A DNA stretch of 63,062 nucleotides, counting the filler, from Reticulomyxa filosa (Eukaryota; Protista; Foraminifera), in NCBI GenBank assembly GCA_000512085.1. It is 23 parts of 23 records of this genome, joined end to end, with 100 filler letters (N's around TTAATTAATTAA, not from the genome) between each part and the next. Parts side by side here need not be neighbours in the genome. Positions count along the whole stretch, not along the records: positions 10,963 to 14,199 come from ASPP01022450.1; positions 14,300 to 15,694 come from ASPP01022770.1; positions 15,795 to 18,968 come from ASPP01027848.1; positions 19,069 to 24,941 come from ASPP01003975.1; 19 more parts are not named here. The stretch is one strand, 5' to 3'. The notes below the pieces were generated by a model, which had not been told where the DNA came from, searched no databases, and saw only the letters and a program-made list of their open reading frames with translations. Positions within the stretch are counted from its first letter, which is position 1. Each line of letters starts with the position of its first letter. This document shows, piece after piece, positions 12,461 to 22,380 of the stretch. Position numbers and translations under genes: made by a program.

Positions 12461-13907
12461 AAGCAAGAACTACTTTCTTCAGAATTACTTCAGGGACAAA
12501 AAAAATTTCTTCAATTTTTTTTTTTTCTACTTTAAGTAGCGAAGTGGAGTTCAAGCAATGCCAAAGATTGGTGGCATATTCGAATTTGCAAGGCGTTGTC
12601 ATATTTGACACTTCTCTCAAATATTTTGTGTGTGCAAATATTTTGCATCACTGAAAGATTTTTGGTTTTATATTAAAGTGTGGTTTCCTTGAAGTTTTTT
12701 GCAATTTTTTTTTTTAACAATAATTTTTAAAAAAATAGTTTAAACAATCAAATTTATTTTCAGCAAAAATCTCAAAAAATTGAGCTTCTTTTATAGATAA
12801 CTAAAATGTTGGTAAACTTGAAGACAGAACTGGAAGATTATGCTAGCTGGTCTGAAAAAAAGGGAGCAGTGCTCGTGTAGTACCAATTTTTTGGTATCCT
12901 AGTGCCCCTTTCAAGAGATTTATGGAAAACATAAACTAAATTTGAGTTTGTATGCATGAGTAAGTGTAGTTAATTTAAAAATGAACAGTGACAGCTTTTG
13001 AAAGATAACCCGGATTTTTTTGAAAGTTTTCTTTAGCGTCAGGGAAACTGGCAGCAAAGAAAGCTTTGTTTGAACAAAATCTTGTAACATAGAGTAATTA
13101 ATTTTTGATTGTGTCAGAAGGGGAATTTGCTTTCGATGTAATTTGGCTGCATAATTTGAATGCAAATAGAACCACATGGAGCCAAAGCAGCCACTTCCAA
13201 GAGTTCGTCCAAGCCAATTTGCTGATGTTGTTGTCACCGCTCAAGCAACTGTCACAATATCCGTTCCGCAAACACATTCACCACAAATGCAATTCATAAC
13301 AATGTCATTCAATAGCTCTGCATATTGCACATTCTATCTCAATTTTTAATCATTCAAAAATCCAATACACACCCTCTTATTTGTCAGTGACCATACACCG
13401 CTATTGTTCTCACGTAGTTTTTATTCACATCATACATGTCACTTTTGATATTAAAATCACCATCTTCAACTGCTTCCTTCCAATTCACTGGATGGTGAAG
13501 CATCTCTTCCACATTTTTTGACAACCAAAGCCAAACAGCATTGGCCGAAACATGCGTTTTTTTTTGTTTCAGTTACTACCTTGGAAAAAAGACAATAGAA
13601 ATTGTCGACAATTAAAACTTGCGTTTTTTTAATGAATGAATTGGATGAATTACAAAGTATAATTTGTTTTTATAATCAACACTTTCAGTTTTCAAATAAG
13701 AATGTAAAAAGCATAGCTACTTTAAAATTTTTTTGTCTTCTTTGATGCATTTGATGTAAGTCAAATGTATGGAACTGAGACAGACATAACAACAATAGCA
13801 GGTTTCACAAACATAAAAACTTTTAAAAAGAAAAAGAGACAAGTAAAAAAAAAGGGAAGAACTTTTGAAGTTTTTTTTTTGCAGTAGTCATCTGACTTTG
13901 AACAAGT

Positions 13908-14168
13908 ATGTCTTTTCAAGCCTCTGTTTGCATTGAAGATAAAAGCTCTGAAGTGACACTCAGCTCCTTGTCCTTGAAAAGTCTGGAAGCTAAGGTGAAA
14001 GAGCTAATTAGTAATAGATCCGAGTTAAAAGCAACAAAGCCACTCCATTTTAAAATCAGAGACATAAATGGTCAAAATATTGACAATGATCAAAAACTTC
14101 GAATTGCATTCGATACTAACCCTGTTCGACTTTTTATTCATTTCATTCACAGTTTTGTTTCTTTTTAA
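13908..14168 (+). CDS. First exon of a protein with a PB1/ubiquitin-fold-like N-terminal domain
   Basis: MSFQASVCIEDKSSEVTLSSLSLKSLEAKV...FKIRDINGQNIDNDQKLRIAF..VRLFI. Probable donor near 14152, then a gap. Confidence 0.5.
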   Translation: MSFQASVCIEDKSSEVTLSSLSLKSLEAKVKELISNRSELKATKPLHFKIRDINGQNIDNDQKLRIAFDTNPVRLFIHFIHSFVSF

Positions 14169-15339
14169 AAAAGGATATATTTTCTTTTTTAAAAAAAAGN
14201 NNNNNNNNNNNNNNNNNNNNNNNNNNNNNNNNNNNNNNNNNNNTTAATTAATTAANNNNNNNNNNNNNNNNNNNNNNNNNNNNNNNNNNNNNNNNNNNNC
14301 ACATCTGCATCACGTATACAGTTTTCTTTTGTTATGTTCATGGTTACACTATAGCTACCACCTTTGCTCATTATCACCTAAAAATTGTAATTATATCACG
14401 ACAAACAAACTATCAATTATCAATTGTAATTTGGGAAATAAGAAAAAAATACTTGGGTTCGAATTGCAGCATCATCCTTCATAAAACCTTTCATTATTTA
14501 TATTGAATGTTGTGTTTAAAGTTTAACAAAGTCCTTTGAAAAAAAAAGTTCAAATCCTTTTTTTTTTTCCTCAAATGTAAGACATACTAGGGCATGCTTG
14601 AGTCAGATTCATGTCCGAAAAATCAATTGATCCTGAGAAAGAAAACACAGCAAAAAAAGGGACAATTATGAGTTTTTTTTTATTATTCTGTAAATATTTG
14701 AAGACAGAGATGGGGGGTGGGAAAGAGAATATGAATGCGTAATGTGTTTTTTAAAGAAGTTTTGATTGTGGTTTAACGTTTTTCGTGTTCAATAAATGTC
14801 ATAGTACTTCGAGGATCACTACAATCTGCTTTATTATTTTTATAGGTGCTTTTTTTTTTTTTTGTTTACATACATGAATAATTTTCTGTAAAAAAAAAAA
14901 GGGGGACGGAGGAGGGAACGATGTCACAGAAAAGACCTTCGTGTACACGTAGAGACGTCAAATTCTGAAAAAAAAGAGTTGTATACACTAAGTCGGAACA
15001 AAATAGCGACAATTCGTTAATCCAAGTTAAATAAAGCTGGAAACTGAACAAATGAAAAAAATACCTGTGAAATCACTGTTTTACTTGTATAAGCAGGAAA
15101 ATAAAATGATGTTTGAATCAAAACACAAGCACTTGGAGATATAATAGCAATATTTTGTTGACATTTCTAAAATAGAATTATTGTCTGTTATCAGATAATT
15201 TTATGGTACACTCGAATATCTTTCTTCTTGTAATAATATCAACTAAAACATAGTTGAAATTATTATTGTTGTTATAATCTATACTAAACAATTTCACACG
15301 ATATTGTATCTATGAAATGTAAAAATCTTCAGCAAGATG

Positions 15340-15590
15340 TTAAAAAGGCAAAGAATGTCTTAATCTGGCTAACAGAGAATACGTAACAATTAATTTCTAT
15401 TATTTTCTTTTCTCTTTTTTACTAACATGCATTTGAGAAATTATTCGAGATTTATGCAACTTCCAGCTTAAATGAGTTAAATGTAAATAAAATATAAAGA
15501 AAAGATAAAATAAAATTTGTAAAATAATAGGCTGAAAGAAGAAAATGAATTTAAAATATCTCGAGAAATGTGTTTGCATATTTTGTGGAG
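15340..15590 (+). pseudogene. Collapsed fragment of the PUB-like family (paralog of 4612-6599)
   Basis: tggctaacagagaatacgtaacaat matches 4720-4744, and tgaaagaagaaaatgaatttaaaata..cgagaaat.tgtttgca.attttgtgg matches 5051-5107. Most of the intervening exon is missing. Confidence 0.85.
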
Positions 15591-15988
15591 GAAAAAAAGA
15601 AAAGCTTACTATCCAAGATTGAAATGCAACTGAAAAAAACAAAAAAAAGCTGATTTAACAAAATATTTTTTATTTTGAAAAGAGTTAATAAAAANNNNNN
15701 NNNNNNNNNNNNNNNNNNNNNNNNNNNNNNNNNNNNNNTTAATTAATTAANNNNNNNNNNNNNNNNNNNNNNNNNNNNNNNNNNNNNNNNNNNNACGTTT
15801 ATCCGTTTTTTTTTTTTTTTTTTTTTTTTTATGAGGGAAGGGATATATACATTCACATATATGTATATGCATACGTACATGTATATGCATATATATGTAT
15901 ATGTATACTGTATTTACATTCATTCATTCATTTTTTTGTATTTTTGTATTTTTGTATTTTTTTTAAAAAAAAAAAACACATCGTTTAG

Positions 15989-17116
15989 AAACTCTCGAAT
16001 TATGTGACAGTTGGAATTGCAATCCATCGCTTGGCAATCCATATAATGTCGAACAACCACGTAGAGTTGATTCGCCAAATCCACAGGAAACCTCTGCAAT
16101 GATTGCGCAAGCAACTGCATCAACCCCGTGGCCATGTCAGCCATGAACGCGATGACCGGAGGCAGCACGAGCACGAGCACGAGCACGAGCATCCACAACA
16201 ACGCCAACAGCAGTATCATCACCACCAACAGCAGCACTAGCACAGCCCATGTGACAGTGCACGCCGTGGCCAACCCTGCGCTCGCCGGCGTCACCAATGC
16301 CAATCCTCCTCAAGACAGCAAAAGCAAGTTGATGAACAAATTCAACTTTTTCTCGGACAAGAAAAGTCACAGTCAAAATCAGCCGCAGCAACCTCAACCT
16401 CAACCTCAACCTCAGTCTCAGCCTCAGTCTCAGCCTCAGCCTCAACCTCAACATCATAGTCAGAGTCAGAATCAAAATCAAAATCAAAATCAAAATCGGC
16501 CACCTCCACCACCTCCGCCTCCTCCGCGTGACCCAATGCCGGTCACTACCGGTTCTGTTCCGCATGCAGTAACAATGAGCACAACAACAACAACAACAAC
16601 GGCAGCAATGATGACTAAGCCAAATCCACCGCCTGGAGAAGCCGATACTATGAATAAGACCATTCCAACAACAACAGCAACAACAGCGACTCCAATGGGA
16701 AGTGGTGTTCCGAAGACAGCCGCTAGCGATCCTCCGAAAGCGAACATTTTGTCCGACGACGCCAAGTTTTTGTCCGACTGCCGACTGAAGCCGCGAGGTG
16801 CGATCCGCAACCTCGCAGTGGGGGACAAGTTTATCTACATGCACGCGGTGAACACGAAGCACCCGGTGAAGCCGCTGGTGATGGCCGTGATAAGCGACTT
16901 TACATTCGGACTGGTGAACCTGGGCGAGGGTAATTCGATTTGGAACACCAAGATCGGCAAGCGCGTGGAGCAGTTTTTTAGCGTCCAAATGCGAGACATT
17001 GACATATTGGCGGACACAAATTTGAAGGAAATGTTACAAACGGAGTTGAAGAACACATTGGACGCGACCTTGCAGGAGATTCGCAAAGAGCAGCAAGATG
17101 TGGAAGAGACAAAGCC

Positions 17117-17165
<49 letters not shown>

Positions 17166-18938
17166 ACAACAACAACACCAAGTGGCAAATCAAAAAAAAA
17201 TACAGAAGACGAAAAAAAGAGATCCGAACCTATGGACAAGTCGCTAATGACATTGATTGTGTCCAGTCGCCACATTCGACTGTACGCGTCACCACATCAC
17301 TTTGTATTTGGACTGAGCACTCCTTTTGCTGGGTTCCAGGAGGAAACGGCCGCCGTGCTGAACTTCCAATGGACGCGACGAATGCCCGCGCCGTATCGCA
17401 TCTTGGGGTCCATGACTGACATGCACATCAAACCCGTGTCCGTGTATCTGGACCCTTTCCTCGTGTTCAACATCGCCAAGTTCTTTGCCGGCAACGGCGT
17501 GCTGAAGACGTATCAAGTGCAGGCGGCATACACCACGTACAACATCATCAAGCAGCGCTTCGTCAGTCGCTACCAACTGGACACGCTCAAGATCGTCATT
17601 CCCATCAACGACGAGTCTAACGTCACCACCGAGGTGCATCAGCTTCGCGCAAGTTCGCATGACAAATTGGACGAAAACATTCACACGCGTGGTCTGGTGG
17701 ATCTGTCCAATCTGGCATCCTTTGGCAAGTTTACCCTCAAAGCCATGGGATTGAACGAAGAGGCCATTGATCGTCTGCACAAAGAAAGGTTATCTAATAC
17801 GAAAGTGCAAATACCTAATAAAAATGGCGTTGCCACGAATGTGAATGCGAATGTGAATGTGACTGATATGATCAATCCAACAACTGCAATAGCAACTGCA
17901 ACAGCAGTGCTTAGACCACCAGATGAATATCCCTGGGAAATTCATATCAAAGGTCTCAACTTTGCTTCACTGATCGCTCTGGAGGGCAGACGCTACGACA
18001 ATGAACTGCGCGTGGGCAATCTGCGCATGCGCACAGTCACCATTCGTGGTGACGGCATGGGCGCCACCATTGCCAACAACTTTGCCACGTCCAACACGCT
18101 CACCCCTTTCGTCGAAACGCAAATCTCGTTCCGAACCGAGTCGCTTACGTACAACTTGGAGTTGTCTGTCATCGACGCCCTAGTCAAGTTCTTCAAAGAT
18201 GGCGAGCTGCTTCGTCTACCATTCCCTGCTCTTTATGCCAAGTTGAAAAATCAGCTGCTCCGGCGTCAGGGAGATAAAGCTCTTCCGTCCTCACAACAAC
18301 AACAACAACAACAACAACCATCAACAAATGCATCCACTCCCACGCAAAATCGACCTCCAAGCACTAATGCAAGAGCTGCTACGCCCAATAGCGCACGTGA
18401 GAAAACTCCGCAAACCAAACAAGGCAAAACGCAAGAAAGCACTGCCAAAGCGAAAACGCGCAAAGATAAGAAGAAAAAAAAAACGCAGGCGGAAAAAGTG
18501 TTGGAGCAATTTGAACCTGCCAATTCCGACATTCGCAGAATTTCTCTTTCTTTGTCAGGAGGAGAAAGAGGAGAGGATGGTGGTGATGATGATGATGATG
18601 ATGATAATAATAATAGAAACGATTACAATGAAGATGACCTTGCGCAGTATGGATCGGATAACGACTTGGATGTCGCAGCCTCTCCCAATGAAGGCAATGA
18701 CACGGAGGCGCGGGTGTCCATCTATTCGCACTTGGACAAGGCCACGTTCAAGCTGACCAGAGATGGCCACTCGTATTTGGAAGGCAAGTCCGTTGGACAA
18801 CAGGCTCTGCTCCAATATTGCGTCAGTAGAGCGGTCAAGCTCCAACTCCATCTGTTTGGCAAGCAATTTGATTTGACCACTTCTCCTTTTGGCACTTGGC
18901 ATGAAAAGGATGTTGTCACACGCTTTTCTAGAGTTTGA
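15989..18938 (+). CDS. Large internal exon of a probable bridge-like lipid transfer protein (VPS13/ATG2/BLTP repeating beta-groove type) with Q/N/T/P low-complexity inserts
   Basis: 936-aa ORF with repeated beta-strand+helix units such as IKPVSVYLDPFLVFNIAKFF and FRTESLTYNLELSVIDALVKFF. Acceptor at 15987-15988. A one-base slip in CCCC (16124-16127) joins the upstream frame. The family call is inference. Confidence 0.5.
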
Positions 18939-19074
18939 CTTGTCAATGTGGTGTTTTTTTTTTTTTTTNNNNNNNNNNNNNNNNNNNNNNNNNNNNNNNN
19001 NNNNNNNNNNNNTTAATTAATTAANNNNNNNNNNNNNNNNNNNNNNNNNNNNNNNNNNNNNNNNNNNNCCCCCC

Positions 19075-20013
19075 CCTCCCTATTGGAATTTACGTCCTTT
19101 GAAGTCCCGACCATAGCATTGGCATCCCATTCGTTCAGTTCCACTCCAAGAGAGTCTTTGTTGATCTCTCTCAATTGGATCAAAGGGACCCATGTAGTAG
19201 ACGATGCTGGCCTCGGGCTGTTTCACCATCAATATTTCTGCATGCGTTTTCACATCGCCGACCCATGTAAAGTAACTGCATCCCAGTTTGTATTCAACGT
19301 ATCTTTTTTCATTCAATCATTAAATAAGAATGCCTTGTCAACACGTCTTACGTTCAAAATAAAACAAAAACTTTTCAGCAGGGAAAATGTTTAGAAGAAA
19401 AGCTGAGACTGACCAATGGTTTTGTCTTTAAGCAAGACACGGTCGCTCACTTCAAACAAGACTTCTTTATTGTGGCTGCATTCTCCAGTTGTTTGACAAT
19501 TGTTTTCCTTGTGATAAACAAGCCATAAGCCCTCTTTGGTGGTGAAGTAGTTGTTGTCATTGTCCAATTCGATGCCCAACCAATCGTCTTTCCCAATGTA
19601 TTTGATCGCACCTGCAAAAAAGTCAATAGATTTTGTTTTTTTTTAAGCTGTTAAAAATCGATACGCAACTCAACAAATTAAAAGTGGAAAAAAGGCATGT
19701 GTATATGTACATTATGTATACATATGTATACATAATATATACGTATGTTTTAAAAAAAACACCTTTTCTATTATTAGTTAATTCAATTACCAACGACATA
19801 GTCACGAGAGTGATTTCTTGTACGATCTCGAAGTACCCTGTGGTCTTGACACACGCTCAACCATCGCTGTAGTGTTTCCACCATTTGTCGAAATTGTGGT
19901 GCCATGTCTTTCTTTTTAAGGATCTTTTTTTTGTCAAATCTACTTTGGAGTATCTTGACTTTAAAGACCAATTGCAAACTTTGTTCACGTTCATCAAGCT
20001 GAGCTTTTCCCAC
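19075..20013 (-). pseudogene. Decayed multi-CAP-Gly gene
   Basis: IELTNNRKG|AIKYIGKDDWLGIELDN..YFTTKEG, VSDRVLLKDKTIG and LGVELNEWDANA/FKGRKF pieces in shifting frames. Confidence 0.7.
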
Positions 20014-21163
20014 TGTTAAGGATTCTACGGGAAAATTTTTTTTTAAGCTGCATTTTTTGGTAAGAGATCATAGCTTTAAAAATAGAATAAATTATGTTTG
20101 TTGATCCGATCCCCACTCCTGGAATGTTCAGAAATTATGGTTAAAGATGTACATGTTTTGATAGTGTGTCATCAGATTGATTGTGGGTACATCTATCTGA
20201 GATTTTTCATCGATTTTCTTATTTTCGGTATCAACTATTTTTTCCACTTATGATAATTCCAAAAAAGAAGGAATACCCAAATTGAATAATCGATAACTTT
20301 GTTATTCTTTTTTTTTTTTTTTTGGATACTCAAAGCATTGAACTATTAAATTGGAAATGTTTTGAAATGAGTCTTTAGCTTGTATCTTCATTTGGTCACA
20401 ATACAATGACAAAAAAACATGATCTAATAAAAAAGTTTTTGGTAACAAAGTACTAAAAAAACAGATACGTACATTAATATTGAGAAACTTCGTTGTAATA
20501 ATCGACCCCCACTGTTGTGATTATTTTTTGTAATTTCACGTACTGATTATTATGGACCATCAATTTCGATCGATGAACAGAAGATAATATTGTAGACTTT
20601 ATTGTTTATTGTGGAAACGGTTTATAATCGAATATCTGATTTATTTTTTATTTATGAATAATTTCATGTAGTATTCACTTTCGAAACAAAAAAATTAATA
20701 TCATATTTTGATTGTAAAGATAGATGTACAACATCAACCTGAATGTTGCCAATCAAGAGAGACCAAATAGACAGTCGTATTTGTTTAGGCCGCGATGATC
20801 GCATCCTTTTTTTGAATGATGTTGTTATTTTGAGTGTGTTGGGTTTACACTGACTCTGTTCTTTCTTTTTCGGTAACTGTTGCAGTTTTGCAGAGAACGA
20901 ATCCTCGAGAAGCGAGCTCCATGTTGTATACTTTGGCTTGTTTGGTTGTTTAAAGAAAGAAGAGCCAAAACTATATTCATAATGTCGAAGAGAACTTTTT
21001 CTAAAAAGGGAAAACTTTTCTCTCTAGAGAAAAATCATTACTCAAGAAAAAGTGATTATTCATTCAAAAAAAACAATTTTAATTTCAATAATCTGTAATT
21101 AATCAATTTTTTATAACCAAAAATGAAATATTATACAAAAATTTGAACAATTCTTTTTTTCAA

Positions 21164-22380
21164 GTTGTTTTGCCAAAAATGCCAAAATATTCTAAAAAAT
21201 TGCAAATTTACATTTTTTTAATAGATATTTATTATTTGTGAATCTACGCGTTGTTTAAGAAAAAAAGGTCTTTTTTTTTGTTGGTTGTATCTCTGTATCT
21301 CTCGTACCAGTTCATAATTAGGGTGCTAATCGCCCTCTTCGCAAAACACTAGTATGTCTTTTTTTTTTTTAAGTTATTTTGAAACTTAAAAAGTGGTTTG
21401 TTTGTTTTTTTTTGAACAGTTCGCAAACTCTAAAAAAATATTAAAAAGATGTCATTTTTGTTTGGATCCTGTGCATCCTTCTGCAAGAGAAAAATAATAA
21501 TTGAATATGGGGTAAGGCCCCCCGTCTCCGCAAGGAGTACAACAGGTTTGATATATATTTATATATTTTTTTTGACTTAATTAACTTTGTTGTTTTTTGA
21601 TTGATAGCCGCAACCCGTCTGTCCAAAAAAAAAAAAAATTATATACATCCACATCCTCACCACATCCAAAGAAAAACTTCGGGGTTGAAGCCACCCCACA
21701 TTCAAAAAAAAATAAAAGAGTTTATATTTTCTGTTTTTTTTATTTTTATTTTTATCAAACGTTTGTATATTTGTGAACAGGCATGCCCCCATCAAAAAAA
21801 AAATGTATTTACCCCATCCCCGTTGCAAAAGAAAAAAAAAAGTAATAGGTGATTGTAATGTGAGCTTTTAGCTCGACAGTGAAAGTATGTTTTTGTTTAT
21901 TTTTGTTAAAAATAAACAAAATTTTCAATTTTTATTTATTTATAGGGTTCAAGAATCAAAAAAAAAAGATTGGAAAGTTTTATTTTTTTATTTTTTATAT
22001 ATATTTTATTTGTGTTTGAGATGAGAGGGATAGGAACAATTTGGGGGGAAAAAAAAAATAATGGAAAAATTAGGGAAAAATTGGGAAAAATAAAATAAAT
22101 TGAAAAGGGAGAAGAAAAAAGGGGAAAAATTTATTTAAGAAAATTGAAAAAAAAAATGAAGAATGAAAAATAAAAAAGAAATGTAAAAAATTTGGAAAAT
22201 GAAAAAGAAAAAAAAAAAGAGACAACGTGAAAAAAGTAATAAAAAAGAAAAAAAGATTAAAAATATATATAAATAAAAAAGATAAAAAGATAGAAATATA
22301 TAAAAAGAAAAAAAGAAAAAAAGAAAAAAAGAAAATGAAAAAAAGAAAATGAAAAAAAGATAAAAAAAAAAATTGTGACA
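21164..22380 (+). repeat. Dispersed structured, intron-bearing non-coding element, copy 1 (possible non-autonomous transposon)
   Basis: Colinear with the reverse complement of 47965-49079 and partly with 45629-46277. The 36-nt block 21507-21542 is identical to rc(48712-48747). Ends in an A-rich tract of ~330 nt. Confidence 0.9.

Noticed and set aside
21304-21355. tRNA or rRNA identity for the nested stem-loop
   Set aside because: It is only ~52 nt with no D- or T-arm motifs, and no recognisable rRNA core sequences were found nearby.
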